The translations under genes and the position numbers were made by a program. Of a DNA stretch of 64,000 bases, positions 55,397-64,000 are shown in pieces. This DNA is from Candidatus Kaiserbacteria bacterium. Lineage in GTDB: Bacteria > Patescibacteriota > Minisyncoccia > Phycocordibacterales > UBA2100. How positions within the stretch are numbered: the stretch's first letter is position 1; each line of letters opens with the position of its first letter. The DNA lies in NCBI GenBank assembly GCA_016214605.1, contig JACROD010000017.1, positions 1,183 to 65,182 of the forward strand, in the 5' to 3' direction. Under the pieces are notes generated by a model that saw only the letters and a program-made list of their open reading frames with translations, did not search any database and had not been told where the DNA came from.

Positions 55397-56410
55397 ATGA
55401 CCAAAAACAGCTCCGGTATGCGGGTTTTCTTGTATCCGACGATCGCGGGAGTCGTTGGGCTCGTCGCGGTACTCTTATCGAGCGGCTTGTCGGCCTTCTT
55501 TACCGCATTGCTTCTCGTACTGCTTGAAGTGACTTTGAGCTTCGACAATGCGATCGTCAACGCCAAGGTCTTGAAGGGGATGTCGGCCGTATGGCAGCAG
55601 CGTTTCCTCACGTGGGGCATCGCCTTGGCGGTCGTCGGCACGCGCGTGGTCTTGCCGATATTGATCGTGAGCGCCGTGGCGATGCTCTCGCCGGTGGCAG
55701 TCGCATACATCGCTTTCGCAGATAGTGCCGCTTATGCGCAGCTGCTTCAGCATTCGCATCATGCGATCGCAGCTTTCGGCGCAGCTTTCTTGCTGATGGT
55801 ATCGCTCAAGTTCTTCTTTGATGTCGAAAAAGAATTGCACTGGATCGATGTGATAGAAAAGCAGCTTTCCAAATGGGGCAACATCGAAGCTGTCGAAGCG
55901 GCGCTCGTGCTAACCTTCCTACTCATAGTTTCCGCAGCCGTGCCGCATGAGAGCACTACTATTCTCGCAGCAGGCGCGATCGGTATCGTCGTCTTCATAC
56001 TTATGGAGGGGATCACCTCGACTATGAGCGCGGGAGCTTCTCGTATGGCCCACGGCGGCTTTGCGGCTTTTATGTATCTCAACACGCTCGACACTGCTTT
56101 CTCACTCGACGGCGTGGTGGGGGCATTTGCCATCACGACTGATCTCCTCACGATCGCAGTGGGCTTAGGTATCGGCGCATACTTCGTGCGTTCGATGACC
56201 GTCTATTTGGTGCGCGAGGGGACGATGGCGACCTTGCCGTACTTGGAGCATGGCGCGCACTGGGCGATCTTTGGTCTCGGCTGTGCCATGGCACTCTCGC
56301 TCATCACACCGATCCCCGAAGCCGTGACCGCCGGAATCGGCATCATCTTCATCGGCGCTTCGTACATCTCTTCAATACAAGAGCGCACACTTGTTCAAGG
56401 ACATTCATAG
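55397..56410 (+). CDS. TerC/DUF475-like integral membrane protein
   Basis: Polytopic, with LEVTLSFDNAIVNA (S-x-D-N-A motif characteristic of the TerC/DUF475 family). Confidence 0.5.
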   Translation: MTKNSSGMRVFLYPTIAGVVGLVAVLLSSGLSAFFTALLLVLLEVTLSFDNAIVNAKVLKGMSAVWQQRFLTWGIALAVVGTRVVLPILIVSAVAMLSPVAVAYIAFADSAAYAQLLQHSHHAIAAFGAAFLLMVSLKFFFDVEKELHWIDVIEKQLSKWGNIEAVEAALVLTFLLIVSAAVPHESTTILAAGAIGIVVFILMEGITSTMSAGASRMAHGGFAAFMYLNTLDTAFSLDGVVGAFAITTDLLTIAVGLGIGAYFVRSMTVYLVREGTMATLPYLEHGAHWAIFGLGCAMALSLITPIPEAVTAGIGIIFIGASYISSIQERTLVQGHS

Positions 56411-56444
56411 AGTCGGTTTTTTTCGTGGGGTATACTGATGGTAT

Positions 56445-57485
56445 ATGGACCCCAAGACTTCGCAGTTCTATTTTCTCCTTGCGCTTTTAGGGGCATCTTT
56501 TCTGTTCGCAGTCTTGATCTTTTGGCCTTTCCTCGCGGCGCTCGCACTCTCTCTCGTATTTGCCGTGGTTCTTCGGCCTCTCCACAAAGACATCTCGTCG
56601 CACATGCCAAAGCTTCCCGGCATCGCCACCCTCTTCACACTTTGTGTTGGTATCGTTGGTATTCTTCTACCGCTCGTGATCTTGGGTGTACTCTTGGTGA
56701 GTCAGGCCGAATCTTTGTATTTCACCCTCACGCAAGGGAGCGTGAAAGCATACCTCCAGATACCGTTCTACAACATCGATCATATGATCAATACCTACCT
56801 CCCCGGGACGCATTTTTCGGATGCATTCTCTCCTGATATCGATACATACCTAAAGCGCGGACTTGAGTGGATCATACAGAATATCGGCGTCGCATTCTCG
56901 ACTGCCGCATCGCTTTTCATCGGATTTTTCGTCTTTTTCTTCGGACTCTATTATCTTTTGCGCGATGGTGCGGTCCTCAGACATACGGTTATCCGCTTGA
57001 GCCCGCTTGATGATAAGCAAGATGAAGCGATTCTTGATCGTTTGGAGTTGGCGATCAATTCGGTCATCAAAGGCAGTCTGTCCGTCGCGCTCATTCAGGG
57101 GATACTGACCGCGATTGGCTTCACGGTGTTTGGTGTGCCAAACGGCATCCTATGGGGTACGATCGCGGCGATGGGCGCGCTCATTCCCGGTGTGGGGACG
57201 ACGATCGTGTTTGTCCCTGCCGTCATCATCCTCTACTTTACCGGCAACATGTTCGCCGCGATCGGACTCTCTGTGTGGGGTACGTTTGCGGTGGGGCTTA
57301 TTGATAACTTCCTCGGTCCGCGTCTTATCAGTAATAGAATGCACATGCATCCGCTCTTTATATTGCTCGCGGTCCTTGGCGGCGTGTCATTCTTTGGTCC
57401 CGTCGGTATATTTTTGGGGCCGCTCGTAGTTTCGTTCTTTTTGACCATGCTTTTTATCTATTCGGATCTCGCGAAGAAGAAATAG
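56445..57485 (+). CDS. AI-2E family transporter (UPF0118/PerM-like)
   Basis: 346 aa. 8 TM helices with a large central loop. N-terminal FYFLLALLGASFLFAVLIFWPFL ... typical of PF01594. Confidence 0.75.
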   Translation: MDPKTSQFYFLLALLGASFLFAVLIFWPFLAALALSLVFAVVLRPLHKDISSHMPKLPGIATLFTLCVGIVGILLPLVILGVLLVSQAESLYFTLTQGSVKAYLQIPFYNIDHMINTYLPGTHFSDAFSPDIDTYLKRGLEWIIQNIGVAFSTAASLFIGFFVFFFGLYYLLRDGAVLRHTVIRLSPLDDKQDEAILDRLELAINSVIKGSLSVALIQGILTAIGFTVFGVPNGILWGTIAAMGALIPGVGTTIVFVPAVIILYFTGNMFAAIGLSVWGTFAVGLIDNFLGPRLISNRMHMHPLFILLAVLGGVSFFGPVGIFLGPLVVSFFLTMLFIYSDLAKKK

Positions 57486-57615
57486 GGCGCTTGGCCCCTC
57501 GGAAGGGTCCCCGCCGAAGCTATTGACAAACACAAAAAAACGTTTACACTGTCGTGCAGTGTCTCAAAAGTCTGAATCGGCCACGTGGTCGATGCAAAGA
57601 AAGCAGGAGGAAGTG

Positions 57616-57738
57616 ATGAGTAATAAGAAGATGCCTTATGTATTTTGGGCACTGTTCGTATTCGCTGCCGTGGTCGCCTATGCGACAGGATCACAGCGTC
57701 ATACGCCTCATGCGCCAATGGTGCTCATCGACCAGTAA
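57616..57738 (+). CDS. Small single-TM peptide (40 aa), hypothetical
   Basis: Strong RBS AGGAGGAAG 8 nt upstream. MSNKKMPYVFWALFVFAAVVAYATGSQRHTPHAPMVLIDQ. Confidence 0.3.
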   Translation: MSNKKMPYVFWALFVFAAVVAYATGSQRHTPHAPMVLIDQ

Positions 57739-57862
57739 AAGGTCGGGCAGAAGCCAAGAGAAGCGTCCTTGCGGACGCTTCTACCTTTTGCACCGGGAGG
57801 GATCATCAGTATACTGTCATGCGGAATAGTTCTTCACATGTCACATCGAAAAAGGAGGGCGC

Positions 57863-58762
57863 ATGCGCTCTGTAGTAGCTATCTCGCGAAGAAAACTGTG
57901 TGCGGGTGCGGTGGCCTCGCTCGCAAGTACTTTTTCGCCTTCGTCTGTCATAGCGAGGGAAGGCCGGTCATCGCAGGAGAAATTCTCGGTCACCGAGAGT
58001 AACATCCGGCGCCTGATCACGGATCATATTCGCCTCGCATCCCCTCATGAGGTGCACAAGCGCACGTGTTCGGATGATCGGGTCGAAGAAGATGACGGAG
58101 CGACGGCCGTGTTTGGTGCCGATGGCGGTGCGCTGGCGGATATGCTCGTACTGATCCGTGAACTCAATGATCAGGGTATTCGTATCGCACAAAAAGACGC
58201 GATCGATGCTTTCTTCGAAACAGTCGGCGGATCTCCGCGGTTCTGTTATCACACGGATGAGGAGACCGACGGAAAAGACGGGCGCGGGTGCGCGCATTGT
58301 CGCCTCGTTCAGGAGCAATCCAAACGATACGGACTTACGCCGGAACTGGCAGACCTGTTTCGTCAGACACTTCTTAATGTCGAGGCGAGACCCGATGTGC
58401 TCAAGGGTAAGCACGAACCGGTAATGCTCTTGAGCCTGTATCAGACGAGTGCGATCAAGTTGGATGGTTCGGGTGCCTTAATACTCGATCATCGTATGCA
58501 TGTGGATGGTCAGCAGGTCCAGGCGTTTGTGTATCGTCCCGATCTCATGTGGCGGCAGATCAATTCGCTTGCAGGCACGTTGATGCGATATTCTTCGACG
58601 CTCCGATCTTTGGGGATGACCGAGGATATGATCGCAGGAAGGCTGTGGAATATTCAACGGCATAGCTTCGCGGTCACTGCCGGAGAAATAGCCTCCAAGA
58701 TCCCGCATGTGATCGCGCGTGTGGATAGTGATCTGGTGTGCAGAATGGTGCGGATCACATAA
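57863..58762 (+). CDS. Hypothetical secreted/lipoprotein-like protein
   Basis: N-terminal signal-like region (RRKLCAGAVASLAS). No recognised domain. Confidence 0.4.
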   Translation: MRSVVAISRRKLCAGAVASLASTFSPSSVIAREGRSSQEKFSVTESNIRRLITDHIRLASPHEVHKRTCSDDRVEEDDGATAVFGADGGALADMLVLIRELNDQGIRIAQKDAIDAFFETVGGSPRFCYHTDEETDGKDGRGCAHCRLVQEQSKRYGLTPELADLFRQTLLNVEARPDVLKGKHEPVMLLSLYQTSAIKLDGSGALILDHRMHVDGQQVQAFVYRPDLMWRQINSLAGTLMRYSSTLRSLGMTEDMIAGRLWNIQRHSFAVTAGEIASKIPHVIARVDSDLVCRMVRIT

Positions 58763-58845
58763 TCCGCAATAGGTCGACGCCTGAGTGCGCCGACCTATTT
58801 CTATACGTGGATAAATAAGTCGAATGCTTTATACTGAATGTCACT

Positions 58846-61587
58846 ATGGATTCAGATGGGCGGGAACACAAAAAAGAACAGGCGTGGTATACACATTCCA
58901 TCGAGAGTATTTTTGAAGAATTAAAGTCAGGCGAACATGGTCTCTCTGCTATAGAGGCTGCGCGTCGCCTCGCACAGGCCGGTCCCAATACATTGCCGGA
59001 TGCCAAGGTTGACGGACATTTCATCGTATTTCTGCGGCAATTCCAGAGTCCGCTCATCTATGTGCTGCTCGCGGCGGCGCTCGGGGTCTTTCTCACTTCT
59101 GATCCCGCTGATACCGGTATCATCCTCTTTGTCCTTATTTTCAATGCGATCATCGGTACCGTCCAGGAAGGCCGCGCCCAAAACACGCTCCTCGCGCTCA
59201 AAAAATTCACCGAGACGCAGGCGACCGTAGTGCGCGACGGCCGTGAGCTGATCATCCCGGATCGCGAGGTCGTCGTCGGCGACGTGATCATATTGCAAGA
59301 AGGTGCCAAGATCCCGGCTGATGCACGCATCATCATGGTGCACAATCTCAAGATCGACGAAGCGTCGCTCACCGGCGAATCCGTCCCGGTCGGGAAGATG
59401 TCCGAGGTGCTTCATGGTACTGAGAGGAGTGTCGCCGAGCAGAAGAACATGGTTTTCAAGGGCACGCACGTCACGACAGGTGCCGGTCGTGCGATCGTGA
59501 TCGCGACCGGGCTCTCCACCTCGATCGGCCGCGTGGCCGCAGAGATAAGCTTGGTAGATACCGAGATCCCGCTCAAGGCCAACATCAGACATTTAGCTTA
59601 TGGGATCATCAAGGTCGTCGGCGTGATGGTGGTCGTCCTGTTCGTCATCGGGATCATGCTCGGCCACCCACCGCTCACTATGTTTGCGACGGTCGTCTCG
59701 CTCGCAATCTCGGTGATCCCCGAAGGGCTCCCCATCGTACTCACGCTGGTACTTGCGACCGGCGTGTGGCGCATGTCCAAACGCAACGTCCTCGTCAAAA
59801 AACTCCAGGCGATTGAAGCGCTCGGACAAGCGCAGGTGATCGCAGTCGACAAGACCGGCACTATTACGAAAAATGAGCAGGTCATCCAAGAAGTCTGGAC
59901 AGGAGGCGTATCCTACGATATCGGCGGGGTCGGCTACGAGGCCACCGGCGAGGTGAGTATCAAAGAGGAGGCTATCGTCCCGGCCGATCACCCGGATCTG
60001 CTTTTTGCCGGCAAGATCGCAGCGCTCTGCGCGAGTGCGCAGGTCATGTATTCCGAAGAAGAAAAGATTTGGCGTGTCTCGGGTGATCCCACCGAGGCGG
60101 CAATGTTCGTCTTTGGGCAGAAGGTTGGATTCAATAAAGGTGACGTCGAGCAGGAGTCGCCGATGATCTCTGAGATCCCCTTTGATTACAAACTCAAATA
60201 TCATGCGACGATCCATTCGGTCGAGGGCCCGCCTTCGCCTCAGGCTACGGCGAGACAAAGCAAAAATATACTGACCGTCGTCGGGGCGCCCGAACAGGTC
60301 TTGGCGCTCTGCAAACATATCCGTCACGGAGATGGCGCATCGGCGCTTACCGCGGAGAAAAAGGAAGAGCTCGAAAGCGCGCTTACTCATATGTCGTCCA
60401 AGGGTCTGCGCGTGCTCGCGTATGCGACCACTGTGGGCGGGCCCGATGTGATCGCGCCCGAAGAGATTCACAGTCTCACCTTCGGAGGATTTTTTGGCAT
60501 GAAAGACGGCCTTCGTGCAGAGGTCGAGGATGCAATGGCTCGTGCGCATGCGGCGGGCATTCGCGTCGTCATGATCACCGGCGATCATGTGCTCACGGCG
60601 CGCGCCGTCGCCACGGAGGCAGGGATATTCCAGGAGGGCGACGAAGTATGCACCGGCGAACAGATCGACCAGATGACGAGTACGCAATTGGCCGCGAAGC
60701 TCGGTACGGTATCAGTCTTCGCACGCGTGACGCCCGAACACAAACTCCACATCATCCAAGCATACCGGGCGCGCGGCGAGATCATCGCCATGACAGGCGA
60801 CGGGGTCAACGATGCGCCGTCTCTCGTCGCGGCGGATCTCGGAGTCTCCATGGGCAAGATCGGTACCGAGGTCGCCAAAGAAGCGTCCGACATTGTACTC
60901 TTGGATGACAATTTTGGCAGTATTATTTCCGCCGTCGAAGAGGGGAGAAGTATCTACAAGACGATCAAAAAGGTCGTGCTTTATCTCTTTTCTACCAGCT
61001 TGGGCGAAGTACTCACAATCGCGGTCGCACTCGTCATCGGCTATCCTTTGCCGCTACTCGCCGCGCAGATCATCTGGCTCAATTTTGTCACCGATGGATT
61101 CTTGGATGTATCGCTCGCGATGGAGCCCAAGGACAAAGACCTCTTGTCGCGCACCTATGCTCATCCCAAGGGTCATATCGTCGATCGCCTCATGATGCAG
61201 CGGATCGTGGTGATGGCGATCCCGATGATGATCGGTACGCTCTTCCTCTTCTCCTTCTATATCGCCGACGATATGACCAAGGCGTGGACGATCTCGCTCA
61301 CCACACTCGCGATGTTTCAGTGGTTCAATGCATGGAACTGTCGTTCTGAGACCGAATCGCTATTCAGGACGAATCCTTTTTCCAACAAATTCTTGATCAT
61401 GGCGACGGTGACCGTGATATTCCTGCAAGTGCTTGCCGTCTATACGCCATTCTTGCAAAATCTCCTGCACACCATGCCGCTCACGCTCGGTGAATGGCTG
61501 ATGATCGTCCCCGTCGCCGCGACGGTGATCGTGGTAGAAGAGATTCGCAAGTGGTGGTATCGAGGGCGAATAGCGCGAGGTGCATGA
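58846..61587 (+). CDS. Cation-transporting P-type ATPase, type IIA-like (Ca2+/Mg2+ family)
   Basis: 913 aa. Cation_ATPase_N region, TGES (LTGES), phosphorylation site DKTGTIT, PEGL, and GDGVNDAPSL hinge. 10 TM. Confidence 0.85.
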   Translation: MDSDGREHKKEQAWYTHSIESIFEELKSGEHGLSAIEAARRLAQAGPNTLPDAKVDGHFIVFLRQFQSPLIYVLLAAALGVFLTSDPADTGIILFVLIFNAIIGTVQEGRAQNTLLALKKFTETQATVVRDGRELIIPDREVVVGDVIILQEGAKIPADARIIMVHNLKIDEASLTGESVPVGKMSEVLHGTERSVAEQKNMVFKGTHVTTGAGRAIVIATGLSTSIGRVAAEISLVDTEIPLKANIRHLAYGIIKVVGVMVVVLFVIGIMLGHPPLTMFATVVSLAISVIPEGLPIVLTLVLATGVWRMSKRNVLVKKLQAIEALGQAQVIAVDKTGTITKNEQVIQEVWTGGVSYDIGGVGYEATGEVSIKEEAIVPADHPDLLFAGKIAALCASAQVMYSEEEKIWRVSGDPTEAAMFVFGQKVGFNKGDVEQESPMISEIPFDYKLKYHATIHSVEGPPSPQATARQSKNILTVVGAPEQVLALCKHIRHGDGASALTAEKKEELESALTHMSSKGLRVLAYATTVGGPDVIAPEEIHSLTFGGFFGMKDGLRAEVEDAMARAHAAGIRVVMITGDHVLTARAVATEAGIFQEGDEVCTGEQIDQMTSTQLAAKLGTVSVFARVTPEHKLHIIQAYRARGEIIAMTGDGVNDAPSLVAADLGVSMGKIGTEVAKEASDIVLLDDNFGSIISAVEEGRSIYKTIKKVVLYLFSTSLGEVLTIAVALVIGYPLPLLAAQIIWLNFVTDGFLDVSLAMEPKDKDLLSRTYAHPKGHIVDRLMMQRIVVMAIPMMIGTLFLFSFYIADDMTKAWTISLTTLAMFQWFNAWNCRSETESLFRTNPFSNKFLIMATVTVIFLQVLAVYTPFLQNLLHTMPLTLGEWLMIVPVAATVIVVEEIRKWWYRGRIARGA

Positions 61588-61835
61588 TGTATTTTGTCTA
61601 CATCTTAGAATGCGCCGACGATACGCTCTATGTCGGGATTACCACTGATCTGAAGCGGCGCATCGAAGAACACAATCACGACAAGAAAGGTGCCCGCTAC
61701 ACCAGAGGACGCCGCCCGGTCCGAGTGGTGTATTCAGAAGAATGCGACACCAAGAGCATAGCCCTCAAAAGAGAATTGGAAATAAAATCCTGGTCCCGCG
61801 GGGAGAAATTGGGGTTGATCGGAAAATTGCGGTAA
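61584..61835 (+). CDS. GIY-YIG nuclease family protein (YhbQ/UPF0213-like)
   Basis: MMYFVYILECADDTLYVGITTDLKRRIEEHN is a GIY-YIG motif (YFVYIL ... LYVGIT ... R ... EH). The ATG overlaps the upstream TGA (ATGA). Confidence 0.7.
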   Translation: MMYFVYILECADDTLYVGITTDLKRRIEEHNHDKKGARYTRGRRPVRVVYSEECDTKSIALKRELEIKSWSRGEKLGLIGKLR

Positions 61836-61843
61836 AATAAATC

Positions 61844-63790
61844 ATGCACGAACACGGCCACACACATCATCAACATGATGTCGGGTCATCGGTGAGTCGT
61901 GATGCGGGGGTAGATAAGCATGCCGGGCACCACACGGCGGATTTCTTGAAGAAGTTTTGGGTGGTGCTCACGCTCACGATCCCGATCATTGCATACTCCG
62001 ATCTCCCCATGCTTTTCTTCGGATGGATGGCACCGGCGTTTTCCGGCTCCGCGTATCTCTCGCTTGTGCTCGGCAGCGTCATCTTCTTTTATGGCGGACT
62101 TGTCTTCTTGCGCGGAGCGGTGAGCGAGCTCAGGGCGCGCTTGCCCGGCATGATGACTTTGATCGCGCTCGCCATCACGACTGCGTATCTCTACAGTGTC
62201 GTCACGGTCTTCGTCGGCGGTATGTCGCTCTTTTGGGAGCTCTCGACCTTGATCGCGGTGATGCTCCTCGGACATTGGATCGAAATGCGGGCAGTCATGG
62301 GTGCTTCAGGAGCACTCAATGCGTTGGCCAAGCTACTGCCCGACACCGCCGACGTCGTGCGCGAGGGCGCGACGCAGACGATTTCCGTATCAGCATTGAG
62401 ATCGGGAGATATCGTGATCGTGCGACCCGGCGGCAAGATCCCTGCCGATGGAGAAGTGATCGAAGGCCGTTCGGAGATCGACGAATCCATGCTCACCGGC
62501 GAGTCCAAGCCGGTACCCAAAGATATCGGTGCGGTGGTCGTCGCCGGATCAATCAATGGCGATGGGACGCTCCGCATTCGCGTGTCCCATATCGGGGAGA
62601 GCACGTTTCTCGCCGGTATCATGCGATTGGTCGCCGAGGCCCAAAGCTCCAAATCGCGCTTGCAGATGCTCTCCGATCGCGCCGCTTTTTGGCTCACAAT
62701 GCTTGCTGTGGGGGCGGGAGCGATCACTTTTGTCGCATGGATCTTTGCCCAGGCGGGTGTCGGATTTGCTACTGAGCGTTTGGTCGCCGTCTTGGTGATC
62801 GCGTGTCCTCATGCGCTTGGGCTCGCGATCCCGCTCGTAGCCGCGATCTCGACCACGATGGCCGCGCGCAATGGCCTCCTCATCAAGAAGCGCATCGCAC
62901 TCGAGGCGGCGCGCAAGGTGACCGTCGTCGTGTTCGACAAGACGGGGACCCTGACCCAAGGGCGATTCGCGGTCACCGATTCGAGCTCAGATGATGCGCT
63001 CGCGCTCGCCGCATCCGTCGAGGCGGGTTCAGAGCATTCGATAGGCAAGGCGATCCTGGAAGAAGCTCGTAGGCGCAAGCTCGACATACGTGAGAGTCAG
63101 GATTTTCGACGCATCCCCGGGGTGGGAGCGGAGGCGCTCGTCGACGGTGCGCGGGTTTTCGTCGGTCATCGAGGTAATGAGTCGATCCGTGTCGAAGTTG
63201 CAGGCAAAGAGATCGGTACGATCAAGGTAGCGGATACGATACGACCGGAAGCGCGCGATGCTGTACGATCGCTCAAGGCGATGGGCCTCAAGATCGTGAT
63301 GATCACCGGTGATGCCGAGGACGCCGCGCGGGTGGTAGCGCAAGAGCTCGGGATCGATCAGTATTTTGCGCGTGTCCTGCCGGGCCAAAAGGCCGACAAA
63401 GTACTTTTGTTGCAAAAAGAAGGAGCGACGGTCGCCATGGTGGGCGACGGGGTCAATGATGCGCCGGCGCTCGCGCAAGCGGATCTTGGTATCGCGATCG
63501 GCGCGGGCACCAATGTCGCGATCGAGTCGGCGGGGATCATCCTCGTCCGTAGCGACCCGCGCGATATCGCCAAGGTGATCAGACTCTCCCGTCTCACCTA
63601 TACCAAGATGATCCAAAATCTCTTTTGGGCGAGCGCGTACAATGTAATCGCGCTCCCCATCGCCGCAGGGGCGTTGTTCTCCTGGGGGATCATCCTCCAG
63701 CCGGCAGTAGCTGCTATATTCATGTCCGCCTCGACCGTGATCGTCGCGGTCAATGCGTCTCTATTGGGCCGAAAGAGTCTGAGTGAGTAG
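61844..63790 (+). CDS. Heavy-metal P1B-type ATPase, CopB-like (CPH motif, His-rich N-terminus)
   Basis: N-terminal MHEHGHTHHQHD His-rich stretch. TM CPH motif (IACPHALGLAIPL), DKTGTLT, GDGVNDAPAL. Confidence 0.85.
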   Translation: MHEHGHTHHQHDVGSSVSRDAGVDKHAGHHTADFLKKFWVVLTLTIPIIAYSDLPMLFFGWMAPAFSGSAYLSLVLGSVIFFYGGLVFLRGAVSELRARLPGMMTLIALAITTAYLYSVVTVFVGGMSLFWELSTLIAVMLLGHWIEMRAVMGASGALNALAKLLPDTADVVREGATQTISVSALRSGDIVIVRPGGKIPADGEVIEGRSEIDESMLTGESKPVPKDIGAVVVAGSINGDGTLRIRVSHIGESTFLAGIMRLVAEAQSSKSRLQMLSDRAAFWLTMLAVGAGAITFVAWIFAQAGVGFATERLVAVLVIACPHALGLAIPLVAAISTTMAARNGLLIKKRIALEAARKVTVVVFDKTGTLTQGRFAVTDSSSDDALALAASVEAGSEHSIGKAILEEARRRKLDIRESQDFRRIPGVGAEALVDGARVFVGHRGNESIRVEVAGKEIGTIKVADTIRPEARDAVRSLKAMGLKIVMITGDAEDAARVVAQELGIDQYFARVLPGQKADKVLLLQKEGATVAMVGDGVNDAPALAQADLGIAIGAGTNVAIESAGIILVRSDPRDIAKVIRLSRLTYTKMIQNLFWASAYNVIALPIAAGALFSWGIILQPAVAAIFMSASTVIVAVNASLLGRKSLSE

Positions 63791-63825
63791 CGGTCGCGTG
63801 TGTTACAATCCCTCGATGAAAATCT

Positions 63826-64000
63826 TATTTCTCGACACGGAGACCACCGGCAATGAGCCAGGGAAAGACCGACTTTGTCAGGTATGCTGGGCTGTAGATG
63901 GTGTCTATCACACTGAATACTTCAAACCGCCGGTCCCGATATCGGTCAAATCGATGAGTATCACGCACATCACGAATAAAATGGTCGACGACAAGCCGCC
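63826..64000 (+). CDS. DnaQ-like 3'-5' exonuclease (DEDD family), 3' end truncated by the window edge
   Basis: MKILFLDTETTGNEP is the Exo I motif (DxE) of DEDD exonucleases. It continues beyond the window. Confidence 0.5.

Overview
The window is a high-GC (about 57-60%) bacterial chromosomal segment, densely packed with genes that mostly read left to right. It carries housekeeping genes, a large cell-envelope glycan locus, a cluster of two-component signalling genes, and several mobile or selfish elements. The minimal-looking RNAs and homing endonuclease fit a Patescibacteria/CPR-like organism, but this cannot be confirmed from sequence alone.

Main contents:
- Housekeeping genes: ligA, gatC-gatA, groES-groEL, trmD, nth, a MutY-like glycosylase, serC, RNase J, secG, cspA-like, acylphosphatase and two P-type ATPases.
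- A cellulose-like glycan locus of GT-C, GtrA and GT2 glycosyltransferases, a BcsA-like synthase, and GH6 and GH8 glucanases.
- A cluster of five sensor histidine kinases and two response regulators.
- Three tRNA genes.

The most striking element is a complete diversity-generating retroelement (DGR) at 49.6-52.2 kb. It has a reverse transcriptase with the DGR-specific IGxxxSQ-type motif, a divergently oriented Avd-like four-helix-bundle gene, and a 107-bp template repeat (TR). A cognate variable repeat (VR) sits at the 3' end of an upstream target gene. Every TR/VR difference lies at a TR adenine, which is the textbook signature of DGR mutagenesis.

Other notable elements:
- A probable strongly reduced RNase P RNA immediately upstream of the DGR target gene.
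- A free-standing LAGLIDADG homing endonuclease wedged between tRNA-Met and tRNA-Asp, with its stop codon inside tRNA-Asp.
- A low-GC insertion at the 3' end of gtrA, flanked by about 30-bp direct repeats and adjacent to a HEPN/MNT toxin-antitoxin pair.
- A perfect 42-bp palindrome inside gatA.
- An orphan DHp-only histidine-kinase fragment.

No CRISPR array and no rRNA were seen. Many long antisense ORFs in the six-frame track are high-GC artefacts and are not reported.
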